DNA of 48,679 bases, filler included, from Sphacelaria rigidula (Eukaryota), in assembly GCA_964200075.2 (NCBI GenBank). It is 2 parts of 2 records of this genome, joined end to end, with 100 filler letters (N's around TTAATTAATTAA, not from the genome) between each part and the next. Parts side by side here need not be neighbours in the genome. Positions count along the whole stretch, not along the records: positions 1 to 24,299 come from CAXNAA020000211.1; positions 24,400 to 48,679 come from CAXNAA020000212.1. The stretch is one strand, 5' to 3'. Positions 14,001 through 25,100 of this stretch are shown here, one piece after another. Each line of letters starts with the position of its first letter. The first letter of the stretch is position 1. The notes below the pieces were generated by a model. That model made no database searches. It was given only the letters and a program-made list of their open reading frames with translations, and was not told where the DNA came from. A program made the translations under genes and the position numbers.

Positions 14001-15624
14001 CTGGGTGTGTCTATAGAGTCAGAGGTGAGGCTGCGGTAGTGAAATCATACTCACTGTCGTATGAGTTGGGTGAACTATGGAACGCAAATGATATCCCCCC
14101 AACACAGGTGCTGACGATGAATCGAAGAACAAAATTGAGCTATTTTTCTGCGCAATGATTGGGTTGAAATAAATGTACCTCATTGTGACACTTGTTTTTC
14201 AGTGTAGAGCAACACGGGGTGAGGGCGCGGCAGAGAGCAATGATATTGGAAAGGGTGGTGAAGTACTGTGACGAGGCCTTCAAAATGGCTTTGGATCTTC
14301 TGGCATAAAACCGAAATGATGACGAGGACAACTTACTAGTTTTTGGTTCATTTTTTGCTGACATTTTTGGCCTCCGCCACATGGGCGAAACACGATAAAG
14401 TAAGAAAACGTGTAAACAAAACGAAGAAAAATTCAAGAAAAAATCGAACACAGTGAAGGCTCCATACAAACATGATTCGCTTGACCCTTGCTTGGACCGC
14501 GAGGGTTGTCCATCTAGATCATGGGTACTTTTTTTTAAAGCTGATGCTGATGCATAAGATGACTTACTCTCGCCGTCTAAGGGCTAACTTCCGGAACAGA
14601 CGTTGATGTCACTCGAAAGTCACGCGAATTTTGGAGACGCAATCCTTGAAGAATCAGAGTTCCCTGTCGTGAATGGCCGTACGTCTGGCCAGTACAATTG
14701 TTTCTGTAATGTCGCCTAAAAATCAGGTAGAACCTGTTCATTCGTTTTGCTGTACCAAGTATCGAGTCACTACAGTTCTGGTCGGGAACATACACATGTA
14801 GATACATATCTATATATAGCGCACAAAGTACATGCCTGGATCATGTAGCGTCAAGCTAACTTGCATTACCGTTATATCTGCTGGCCATTCAAATATTTGA
14901 ATTTTGGTGGTCGAAAACTATGTAGTCGTGTCCGCATGGAAAATTGAATGTCTCTGTCCTGCTTACACGTGCATATACAGGAGGTCGTGGCCAATCTTCG
15001 GCTCGAAGCGGGTGGAGTGCAAGATCGCAAGCAGTTCGCGCTGAAAATCGCTAAAGATCTGTTCCAGTTCATGTCGTCGTTCAGCAATAGCACACAGGCG
15101 GGAGCGGAGATGATGGTAATACCGACGAACGTGTTGGACAGGTGCGAACAGTGACGGTGACATAAGCCTCTCAAGGTGGTTCGGTTTTGCTTCCCTTCGT
15201 ATTTTCTTGAGACTTTTCCTGCGTTACGTTGTTCTTACTACCCCGTACTGGCACGTGGCCTTGCTCTCAGCTCGAAGTTTCGTGTGCTTTTCCGTCGCTC
15301 CCCCCCGTGTTGTTGCCGTCAATGTCTGATGACTATGGCATGCAAGATCATGAGCGCACCCCTATTGTTGCCGTTTCTTGACGTTGTAGTGTCTACTCGT
15401 GATCCAAGCTGCATCGCTAGGCCAGATGGTGGTGTTCTACTCTGCCGCGCCTGGAGTTGAAATCTCCAGTGTGAAATAACGGCGCTTCGTGCACGCCGAT
15501 GGTCGTGTGTCGCTCATTTCTCTGTACCGCCCGCCCGTTCTCACCGCGGTTGCAACAACGCAGGTGGATAACTCGCTTCGAGTCCAAGTATAATCGAGAT
15601 CCCAACTTCATGCTCAAGGAATGA
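11020..15624 (+). CDS. HIKESHI: Hikeshi/Opi10 (DUF775) family Hsp70 nuclear import carrier, 6 exons, 189 aa
   Basis: Exons spliced by hand, all GT-AG and phase-compatible: 11020-11087, 12214-12262, 13458-13567, 13904-14024, 14981-15141, 15564-15624 (570 nt). Translation: MATAPGVPFGVIAPGRPVISEFR VIDSSKCVTEISCPRE VDEVVFFLLPNSPVPPGHAAVLYFSVP...EHW EVLGAVAAGKPSGVFRTGW...AQLGVSIESE EVVANL...FALKIAKDLFQFMSSF...MVIPTNVLDR WITRFESKYNRDPNFMLKE*. The FG-x3-PGRP, KPSGxF, GVSIE, LFxFMSSF and WxxRFExKYxxDPNF motifs are typical of Hikeshi. Confidence 0.93.
11507..11614. mobile_element. Truncated copy of the same piggyBac-type MITE in Hikeshi intron 1
   Basis: CCCTTTTGGAACCCAT...GTGAATCGGCATCAT...CAGTCATTTTCAAGT...AAAATGATGCCGATT aligns by eye with 48026-48135; the right terminus is missing. 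Confidence 0.8.
12395..13300. repeat. Degenerate GGGTA/TACCC-rich repeat blocks in Hikeshi intron 2 (12395-12680 and 13150-13300)
   Basis: Dense GGGTA, TACCC and GGGTACCC motifs on both sides of the family-B SINE. Confidence 0.5.
12722..12955 (+). mobile_element. SINE-like dispersed repeat (family B); inverted partial copies at ~9175-9365 and ~38652-38870
   Basis: B-box-like GGTTTCGATTTC near the 5' end. The body GATTTCCACTGTCGAAAGCGTGA...GACCAAAACGCAAGGTGTGTACCGG is the reverse complement of similar sequence at 38731-38862 and 9240-9362. Confidence 0.6.
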
Positions 15625-15631
15625 GGACGCG

Positions 15632-15830
15632 CTACGTGTGTGTGTGTTGTCGTCCCATCTATTCTGGGCGCCGACCTACACCTTTCGGTATATGTGTGCG
15701 CATCAGCCGGGGTCACACAGGAGGAAGGTCAACACAGGAGTTTTTATTTATTTATTTGTTTTTAGTATCCCACCTTCCTTCTGCGGTGCTCACCTTTTTA
15801 TTTTTGGTGATAATTTCAAGGAATTGTTTC
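15632..15830 (-). mobile_element. Partial copy of SINE-like family A immediately after the Hikeshi stop codon
   Basis: TCCCATCTATTCTGGGCG...GACCTACACCTTTCGGTATATGTG...GGGGTCAC..GAAGGTCAA closely matches 17210-17345. Confidence 0.75.
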
Positions 15831-16246
15831 AGGACTGCAGGTATCACCTGGTGACGTAGCTTCTGCCTTTGGTCCTACCAGGCCTGGAATATTGTTTCGT
15901 GTCATGGAGAGCACCGGTTGGAAGTCGCGTTGTGGTAGGAACTTGGAGAGTATCGGAAGTCTTTCTGAACGCTGACTGCTTCGGGGCATGTCCCCATGTT
16001 TTGGGTGAACTTACTTGAGGGCAGGCGCGTGCAAGTCACGCATGCTCGCAGTATGTCGTTTGTCGTTTTCGGGTACTTTACGTGATGTGGAAATAGCGTG
16101 GGTGGGAAACGCTGTAAATATCCCGTCAAATGGTGGTTGTAAAAGTGATGACTGCAAACCGATTGTATATTGTAGAACTGGTGACTGCAAGTGGGTTGTA
16201 TATTTGAGATATACGATTGGTACCATTAGGACAGGTTTGACTATGT

Positions 16247-16420
16247 AGATCAACATGCCGCCCAGTGACGAGCAAGTGAAGTAAGCCTAGTGATTAAAAC
16301 TTGTTGAGCGGATATACAAGATCTCTACCCGCCAGATCATCATGCCGCCCAATGGCGAGCAAGTGAAGTAAGCCGAGTGACTGAAACTTGTCGAGTGGAA
16401 CTACATGATCTCTACCCGCC
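16247..16420. repeat. Two-copy 87-bp tandem duplication
   Basis: AGATCA.CATGCCGCCCA.TG.CGAGCAAGTGAAGTAAGCC.AGTGA.T.AAACTTGT...GATCTCTACCCGCC starts at both 16247 and 16334. Confidence 0.85.
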
Positions 16421-17194
16421 CTCATCGTCATCGACTTGTCGCGTCTGCGAAATGCGTCTTCGGCTTCCGTTCCCTGGACGAATCATATCCGTTTCATACT
16501 TTTACGTGAAGAAGCCCCCAGTGTTCGGGGCTGCGACCAGCTTCCTTGAGCCCTTTTACGGTTGTCCCTACCAGCACGATGTGCTTCGTAAAACGCGTTT
16601 CGTCCTGCCGGACAAGGTCCTCCCCGATCCAGAGTTACATATGAAAATTATATGTACCGTAGACATTTTCTTCGAAACAGTTTTGGGGCTGGTTTGTGAG
16701 GGTGCTGTCGTGACATTTATCTGGTCACAAAATCACTGGCACGGAATGTGCGATATCATAATTTTTCATTGATCGCGAGGCAGGGTGAAGGCCATCTCTA
16801 TCACGCCGTAAGTTAGTAAAAGTGACGCCGACTCAACAAATAACTACCCTGGCAATCGAAGAACCAACCGAGGCGAAACTTGGCACCTTTTCGTCTCGTT
16901 TCTTTCATTTTGTAAACTAATAGCGCATACTATGTTTTTATCGTTTGGATGGAACCCCCATTTTGCGCACAGAACACAAAGCCACGACATGGGCTTGTGA
17001 GACTGCATGAGTGGTACTATGACCAATTTTTTTAGTGCGCGGCGGGATTGACAGCTGAAAATGCAGCTGCCTCATTCCTGTGAAAGAATTTCTCTTTCGT
17101 GCGCACGCCCAGCATGTTGAGACCGTGTCTGACCTGCCTTCTCTGTCCGTGACCAAAGCTCGTGTATTCCAGAAACAATGGATAAGAGGCAATG

Positions 17195-17540
17195 TATTAT
17201 GTGCTGTCCTCCCATCTATACTGGGCGACCTACACCTTTCGGTATATGTGGGCGCACCAGGTGGGGTCACGCAGAAGGAAGGTCAAGGATCTTTTTCTTT
17301 TATATTTGTCTTGAGTACCGCGCCTTCCTTTTGCGGTGCTCGTCTTTATTTTTTATCGCGAGAGGGGTTCAGCACTTCCTTTCCCTCGTCGACCGTTAAG
17401 TCGAATGTTGTGTATCCACGACATAGTCGCTCTCATTGTTGGGCATGGTGCGAGAAAAAGTCTCAGATTGCTCAGAGATTTGAACACACGACCCAACCGT
17501 CAAAAGGTGTAGAGGTTACCAGCTCCCACTGGGGCGACCG
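17195..17540 (-). mobile_element. tRNA-derived SINE-like dispersed repeat (family A)
   Basis: The minus-strand head GGTCGCCCCAGTGGGAGCTGGTAACC...GTGTTCAAATCTC has A-box and B-box-like motifs. The body is shared with 15632-15830. Confidence 0.6.
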
Positions 17541-18001
17541 TGATCGTGAGGTATTATACTTGTATCTCAAGCTCGAGGTTCCCGGTATAGTTATGGATGA
17601 ATCTTGCATCAATCGACGATAACAATGCGTCGAAGAACCACATTCCAGTTCTCAAGCATCACAAAAGACCTGCAGGACGTGGGTATTTGGAGCTCACCAC
17701 ACAGCTTTTACACTCGTTCTATTTTGTATTTGTGGTATTTTGCACTTGAGCCATCGCACGATCCCTGAGAAGCGGGGAAACTCCGGTATCATGCGGCGGG
17801 ATTACAACTGCTTCGCAGCAATCTCCGGAGATTTGCAATTGGGGACTATAATATGTGCAGAGGCAGATCGTTGCGAACAAGGACGAAGCGCACCTGATCC
17901 AGACCTAATCTACGTGGTGAGAAGACTAAAATATTATGCACCACGCTTAATGCGCACAGATTAAGGCGCAAGTCAACCCTGGTGGAGCAAGTGACGTTTC
18001 A

Positions 18002-21000
18002 ATGATGGCGGAGCAGCAAGTATTCCTGGAGAGCGAGCCATACCCCTGGCCGTTCGACGGCAGCTTCAACTCAACCAACACAGCGATTTTGGCGATCGAT
18101 ATGCAGGTTGACTTCTGCGCACCTGGCGGCTACGTTGACACGATGGGGTGAGTATGCCTCACAATGAAACTTATCCCTCGAGTAGGTCAATTCCATGCAT
18201 GACACAGATACGGAAGAGAAAGGCTCGGTTGTTTGCAAGTGGTATGTTAAGGTATCGTCTTCTGCCGTCTGGTGTATGACTCTATACATTATTTCTAGTT
18301 ACCCTCGGCAACCTCATCCTCCCTTCCCATCGCAAAACTTTGGTCCACAAGGTTATGACAACAATGCTGGTCCAGGGTTAACGCCCAAAATTTATTCCCG
18401 ACAAGATACAGAACGCAGAACTGATCCTAAGAAAACATGTTAAGTATCACAGTGACCCCCAGGAGGAAACGAACAGTGTGGCATGACCAGATTTTCTCGC
18501 ATCCTTCGCCTTGGTGCCGGTAGTAAAAATGTTGATCGGCCAATCAGGGGTCTTTGAACTGTCCTGAAATTAAAAATGCGAACTCCGGACTCAATTTTTA
18601 TCTCATCGCATCACTAATTAAACTCTAGTAGACGTCAAAACCTAGGGAATCTAACACGAAAAACGGGTTTGAGAACGGTTTGTATGGGATTGAGTTATAC
18701 CCCGAAACGTGATATTCCGGTGACGGGGTTATGGCGTCGTCGAATTTCCACTGATGATACGCATCAGACCCAGAAAGCCTCTGGGCGTTTTTCCTTGTAA
18801 CTATTGTGCAAAAGCTGCGATCACCCTCAAATTTGGCAGTTTGGTAGATATGGGTGCTTCAAAAAAAAAAGCAAATCGTTCAAGGATATTTCCCCAAGTT
18901 TATCCGCTCTCAACCAGCTTCCGGGGTCCCAGTGTGAAGACCCTCAGAAGCCGGTACAAATTGTCTCAACATAGAAGATTTAACTTTAACTCGCCCCGAG
19001 GTAGTCCAAGGAATGTACAAGTTTTCGTTGCGTAAAATCTGATCCCACAAGGTGGATGCAAGCTCAAGCGCGCAAGGAAAACGTCGGTAGCATACTATAA
19101 TCAATTAATTCGGAGGATTCAGCATACAATTGTGTACTATACTTCAATATACATAACGGGCGATTTCTCACGCCTTTTTTCCCATTTAGACCCTACAACT
19201 TTGAAGGCGGGTGCTTTGAGATATTCAGGAACTCTCCATAAATGTTTTTTTCGATTTTTCTTTTGTGTTCGCCAGATATCCGGAGTCCTAGGAGGCGGTG
19301 TGACATGGCACCGGTGGTCATTCGTTGTGATGGTGCTCGGCAATACTGAATACACCTTCGATTCTAGAATGCTCCGGAGGCGGACGCTGGGTCTTGCAGA
19401 GCTTCCCCGAGAAAAGTCTACGGACTTATGGCGCAAAAATAATACTTTGGAGCTTACATGGCGTGTCGAAACGGCCACAGACAGACGGAGAGACTGACAG
19501 ACAGACAGACAATTGAAATCACTACTTCTCGATATGATCCAACGTCGAGCCGCCGGAATCAATTTAAGCCGCTGGGACTAACCAGGTCATGCCCATTCTG
19601 CAGGTACGATATCTCGCTCACACGAGGGCCCATAAAGCCCCTCCAGCGAGTATTCGCAGCAGCACGCAAAGCGGGGTTCACGCTGATGCACACAAGAGAG
19701 GGACATCGCCCCGATCTGGCCGACTGCCCGTTGAACAAACGATGGAGGAGTAAGCAGATTGGCGCCGGCATCGGCGACAGCGGGCCTTGCGGTAGGCGAG
19801 TCAAACATATAGCCCCCCCGGTTGTATGCGTCACACCCCTCTTGCGACACCTGCCTTTGCTGAGCTGCCTTGGCGCTCGTGTGGCTTTTGCGGTGTGTTG
19901 TGTACATTTTTGTCATGTCTTTTCACGTGTGATTTCGGCGGTGCTATGGCGGTGCTCACTATGCGGTGCCATGCATTCGCACGTCTTGTGTTGTAAGTCG
20001 GTTTTCTAGTGTTGCTGACTGCTGCTGTTGGTGTGGTCATAATAACCAACGCCCCTCGTGTTGCTGACTGCTTCTCTTGGGCTTAACGTAACTATCAGGG
20101 TTCAGAGCGAGGGCTTTGTACAAGCTCGAGAGGTATGTTCATCGCCGTGACTGCTGTTCGAGCAATGTCATCACACTCATACATGCACTGCGTGAATCCA
20201 ACCCAGGATTCTTGTAAGAGGAGAACCTGGCTGGGAGATTATTCCGGAGCTCGCCCCGGCCGCTGGGGAGGTGGTGATCGACAAACCGGGCAAGGGCTCA
20301 TTTGTGGGCACTGATCTTGATATGGTGAGCTATTGATCGAGTTGGCAACTGGGCGGTGTCTGGAAGGCATGTTTTCAAAAACATGCTTTCCCTTCTATTG
20401 CTTTTACTGCAAGTACGCACCGCATTTACAACTCCAGAGTCAAAATATGACCCCTGTGTGCCACTTAACTTTTCACACTAGAACATTGTGACATCTGCCG
20501 AGAGATACGGACGATAAGCCCCTGGATCGCTACTAGACGCCGAGGGTGTGTGTGAGTGGAATATGACTGTGTGTATGGTTACTACTACTACAAGCGATTG
20601 TCGAGGACTCATGGTCCTTTCACGTCGGCGACACCGGGAGATGACTCTGTATACTTCCTGAGCAGTAGACCCCGGGTTCAAAACCGCGGCCCCGATCAAC
20701 ACAGCCGATGGAGATATTCCCAAAAAATAAGCGAGCAAAAAAGTGGACGTAAAATTGGTGAGGGGTCAAATAACTGGTGGGGGATGTGGACACTGTCACG
20801 GACAAGTTTTCGGGGGATGTTATTGGCTTGGCGATCCAACACGCGCAACACACATGTGCAAAAATGTGCAACAGTATCTTAACCACCAACCGGCGAAAAA
20901 AGTTACCTCTTCAAGCTCATCCCCGTCAAAGAACTCACGAAGAGACTCATTAAGCGGGGATGTGATGTGGACATTCCCAGGTAGAAGGTATGTTCTTTTA

Positions 21001-21298
21001 CTATTGTGACCATGGGTTCGAGAGATCGGACTCATGTGCGGAAGTAATACATACGTGTAACAATAATGTACAAGTGTCCGTCGAGGACGCTTCCCCTTTT
21101 CACGCATGAGCCTTTCCATTTACTGCCGACCACAGGGCAAGTCAGTGTTGCAGGTATGGCCAGGTTGACAGCTCCGTGCGCAGCTCGGCCGTTGAAGACA
21201 AAGTGCTACCGCGACTCAGCGACTTATTGTGCACACAGTCTCCAGGATTGTCGTTTTGTTGAAAGAAGCCCTATCGTAGCTGAATTGCCCGCTTGCTG

Positions 21299-21332
<34 letters not shown>

Positions 21333-22392
21333 TGGGGGGGGTTGCCACGGGGGCCGGGGGGGGGGTGGTCCCCCCCCCTCCCNNNNNNNNNNGTCGGTGG
21401 GGGGGGTGGGGGGGGGGGGTTTTGGGGGCGGGTGGCGGGGGGGGGGGGGGCGTTGTCAGCTGCATGACGACCCTCGGTAGAGTGTGCTGCACCATGCACC
21501 ATTTCCTTACCTTGTGCCTTTCATTTGTGTTGTATCAGGTGCTGAGAACGCGAGGTATCAAGAACTTGGTGCTGACGGGTGTGACAACAGATGTTTGCGT
21601 GCACACGACAATGCGAAACGCCAATGACATGGGGTACGAGTGCGTCCTGCTTGAGGTGAGGGGGTAGTGCCGAGGCATTGGCTGAAATATCAACTTGTAC
21701 AACAACAGAAGGTGAGGGTAAAAGTTGGCGAGTTCGAATCCTGCCAGACACGGTGTTTTTGAGCAGAATCTGATTCCCTTGTTGAAAGGGTGGGACGCGA
21801 ATAGTGAAGAAAAATAGACCGAAGTTGATAGGGTGCGGAAGTGCTAATGCAATGATTTGTAGTAAACAATGCAAAGCAAGTGCCGGAAGGGAGACTGGTT
21901 GATCCCTTGTGACTACAGACTCGACGCGAGGAAATGCAGCGGTTAAAAGCATGAGGGAACCTCCCCCCCCCAAAAAACTGGCAGTCGGCAGCAGTACAGT
22001 GCGACTCGTCCGTTTAGGGGGTGGCGATGTTTCGTAGAAGGACACCGATGAACATCACCCCTGCTCCAATACCCCAGAGACACTGAGCGGAGAAGGGTAG
22101 CGTGTTGCTTCCGATGCAGCGTTTTCAGCACATCGATTCGTGATCAACGCCAACATCTGCTGCCGAATTCACCTTGTGTCAACCGCCCCGCCGCGATGGT
22201 TGGCGTTGTTTTTCGGGGGGGGGTACCCTTTTCCGGACCATACAGGACTGCTGCGCGGCTACGGATCCCCTGAACCACTCAGCTGCTGTATCCATGATCA
22301 AGAAACAAGGAGGCGTTTTCGGCGCAGTGTCGACTTCGACGGCGCTCATCGCAGCCATGGAACGGACACAAAACCCCCCAACACCGCTTTAA
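18002..22392 (+). CDS. biuH: Biuret amidohydrolase (BiuH-type cysteine hydrolase, isochorismatase-like superfamily), 5 exons, 239 aa
   Basis: Exons 18002-18147, 19604-19795 (GC donor), 20207-20324, 21539-21655, 22246-22392 (720 nt). Motifs: [116 protein letters not shown]. The residues D33/K139/C172 and F38/K142/Q212 sit at a constant offset from Rhizobium BiuH D36/K142/C175 and F41/K145/Q215 (reference recalled from memory). Confidence 0.92.
21309..21450. other. Poly-G/poly-C tract around a 10-N gap (21383-21392) in biuH intron 3
   Basis: Long G runs flanking Ns indicate low-quality sequence. Confidence 0.8.
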
Positions 22393-22789
22393 CTCCCTTC
22401 GTCCGTCGAGTACTTGGGGATACTTTTTTATTCACCAGAGACATTCGTACATGGAAGTAACACGTGAATGGTAACCCACCATCGGTATATATTGTACAGG
22501 TTGCAGTTGAGGGTTTTCCCGTAGCCGCGGGGATACCATACGAAGCGCAGAGGTGCACAAGTCGTTCCGCTTCGCGTGTTTGCTGAAGTACTGCTGTAAT
22601 TGGAGGTGGAGGTAAGATGCGCAAGACGTTGTTGCCGTAAGGGGATGAGAAAGTGCGGTGGCCTTCACGTAAGCGTTGTGTTTCTTGAAAATCACTCTTG
22701 GGCATGAAAATCCGCACGCATGCAGAAAATAGCGGCATGCTGGTGTTTCAACTTGTTTCTTCTTCTGTTTTTTGCGTCTGATTATTTTT

Positions 22790-23148
22790 TTTGCGCTGAG
22801 CTGTGATCGAAAACCATGGTGCGGGGGTCGGGCGTATCTTGTTCCTTTTTTTTCAGATTTGTTCGTCGGGACCGGTTTGTCATGTTCTTGTTCTCCTTTC
22901 CCTCTCCTTTCCTTTCCCTTTCCTTTCCTTTCCTTTCTGTTTTTTTTGTCTCTCGTTTTTGTTTGGTTTACTCTGTCTGCTCCATCTTTTTTCCCTTGGT
23001 GTTTTACCTTCCTTGAGTCTCCACTAGTGAGTGTTTCAGTGTTGTTAGCCTTGGGCACGTCTATCTTGTGGGTGATGACCTCGGCTGGATCATGACTCCT
23101 GGGGGTCAGTTGATGTGCGACCATCACTCGAGTAATCAAAATCAACCA
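22790..23148 (+). mobile_element. LINE/SINE 3'-tail repeat (family C); related copies at ~10330-10573 and ~11150-11504; a related inverted tail at 23207-23390
   Basis: A pyrimidine-rich body is followed by CCTTGGGyAyGTCyATCTTGTGG.TGATGACC...CAGTTGATGTGCGAC.ATCACT and AATC-type ends. The minus-strand copy ends in (AATC)n at 23212-23227. Confidence 0.6.
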
Positions 23149-23518
23149 GTTGGGGGAGAAAACTACGCTAGTGCGACCCCTGTAAAGTACGGTGCCTCTC
23201 CGCTGAATGAGTGATTGATTGATTGATAGCGCACTTGAACTGACCCCCCAGGCATCCACCCGTGGTCAGACGATAGACGTACCCGAGACAAAACACTCGC
23301 GAGATAATAAAGAAAAACAGAAAAGGTAGAACACAACAACCGAGTAGACTAAGAAAAAAAAACATGCCGTCAAAGTCGCTTGTCGCATGTCCGCACACAC
23401 TATTGATAGGATTCGGGAGGGAAAATATTCGTACTTCGCGACCCTTTTCGGATCAAGATGGAGTTGAAGAAAAATGCCGTCAACTTGACATGAGTGCGCA
23501 CGGCCTCTTGTCCCTTAC

Positions 23519-24144
23519 GCTCCATTTGTTGCTTGACAACGATCCCGACAACCAGCGGCAACGTCTTCCAACACAGCTTTGGGGAGCACGCAGCCGCCAA
23601 ACAGAGCGGCTTCTCCTAGCGCAGCCAGAGCACCTTGCTGCGTCACAACACGCGCCGATACCTCTGGGTTCCCGTCCAAAGACACTGCGGTACTAAATGC
23701 CCTACTATCTGCGGCAGAAGAACTGCGAGCTTTTGCCGCAGTGAATAGAGGCGTCCCTGCTAATGGAGGCAAGTCTGTGTAACCCCATGGGCTACTGCAA
23801 GCCTCCTCTGACTGACTTAAGGTTGTCCCCTGATTTGACACCTGCGTCTGCTTCGGCGTCTTTGCTCCTCTAGGGCTTTTCTCAGCCACTTTCCCTTCGC
23901 CACTGACTACGTTTGTACTATTCCTCGATGCAGCGACGGTTGTCGACAACGACTCGGGTTTCTGAACGGGGAGTACACCGTCGCTCGTCGTGTTACTGAG
24001 TTGCAGCCGCCGCTGTTGGTGGCGTTTTAGACGGTGAGCCCTCTGCTGCCGTTGGCGGTGGTCGTCAAAGTCCTGACCAAGGACAGCGCAAGACATGGCG
24101 CTCACGCCAACATCTTTGACGCGGTTGTTTTCCAAGTTTACTGT
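23519..24144 (-). CDS. Large internal exon of an uncharacterised gene, starting with an RI-like leucine-rich repeat followed by a low-complexity region
   Basis: 626-nt open exon between a pyrimidine-rich CAG acceptor (24145-24147) and a GTAAG donor (23518). It begins TVNLENNRVKDVGVSAMSCAV (LxLxxNxIxDxG-type LRR), followed by Q/R/S-rich sequence. Confidence 0.6.
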
Positions 24145-24299
24145 CTGGGATTCCGGCAAGGGCAGTGACGCATGGGGGGAGAAGGAGATTGCTCAGTTGA
24201 CACAGAGTGTTTGCAGGTATCCGCCTGTAACAGTGTTTTCGTGAGATTGAGAGTAGATGATACGATTGAGAGTGAAAAGCGGTCAATCAGTGAATTAAT

Positions 24300-24399
24300 N
24301 NNNNNNNNNNNNNNNNNNNNNNNNNNNNNNNNNNNNNNNNNNNTTAATTAATTAANNNNNNNNNNNNNNNNNNNNNNNNNNNNNNNNNNNNNNNNNNNN
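24300..24399. other. Assembly gap/contig-join spacer
   Basis: Exactly 100 nt: N44-TTAATTAATTAA-N44. The central 12-mer gives stops in all six frames, typical of an artificial scaffold linker. Confidence 0.85.
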
Positions 24400-24784
24400 G
24401 GGAGTCACCCGCCTATAGACTGGGACATGTTTTGTTTCGATCCTGTCCATGCTGTGCGAATGCTCCTCAGTTGTCTACCCAACCCGCGGACCTTGCCAAA
24501 GGTGGATAAGGTCCCAAAATGACCAGATTACAGACCACAGTGGCCACCCGTGCTGGCAGACGTGTGCGTCCCCTTTCGTGTACAGTAGGCGCGGTCCCAG
24601 TTGTCGTGCACTGTATAGCATATTGTCTTTCCCTTGCTCCAAAAAATAAATCATCCCCAAATGACCAACCATCCATCCATCCATCCAATAAATTAATTAA
24701 TTAATTAATTAAATTTATTATATTTTGCACCGATATAAGCCGATATCTTACAAATGCATCACGTAATGCAGTCATACATACACC

Positions 24785-24915
24785 GTAGATCACCTGATAT
24801 AGGCATCAAATTGTCCAGTATAATCTGATATAGGCTTATTTATCACCCGATATAGGCCTATATATCACCGGATATAGGCCTATATATCACCTGATATAGG
24901 CCTATATATCATTTA
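24785..24915. repeat. 22-bp AT-rich minisatellite within an AT-rich island (24690-25120)
   Basis: TATCACCnGATATAGGCCTATA units at 24841, 24863 and 24885, with degenerate copies upstream. Flanked by (TTAA)n and (TA)n runs. Confidence 0.85.
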
Positions 24916-25069
24916 CCACGTATCATATACCCTTCTAGTCACATTTTGCTGAAAAAGCTTCATATATATAGGGTATATGATATAAAGTCATGAAAAGTAT
25001 CATTTCATATCATGTACCCTCCGAAAAAACATGACTAAGGTATACGAAATATCATATAGTATAGGGGGG

Positions 25070-25100
<31 letters not shown>

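Noticed and set aside
14203-14308. Cryptic terminal exon VEQHGVRARQRAMILERVVKYCDEAFKMALDLLA* in Hikeshi intron 4
   Set aside because: Its phase is incompatible with the preceding Hikeshi exon and it is unrelated to Hikeshi; more likely a transposon fragment.
17470-17540. tRNA gene (also B-box-like motifs near 12750, 20680 and 21731)
   Set aside because: No complete cloverleaf. The 17.5k and 12.75k motifs are attached to dispersed repeat bodies, so they are treated as SINE heads.
21066-21502. Gly/Pro-rich ORFs
   Set aside because: They are artefacts of poly-G tracts around an assembly gap within a biuH intron.
22432-23259. 275-aa Lys/Arg-rich ORF and the opposite Phe-rich ORFs (also 11150-11635)
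   Set aside because: They are translations of low-complexity retroelement tails.
24344-24355. TTAATTAATTAA island between N runs
   Set aside because: It matches an artificial six-frame-stop contig linker and is not biological. Gene models spanning it are unreliable.
24785-24915. Regular 22-bp repeats as a CRISPR-like array
   Set aside because: The units are head-to-tail with no unique spacers and no cas genes, so this is a minisatellite.
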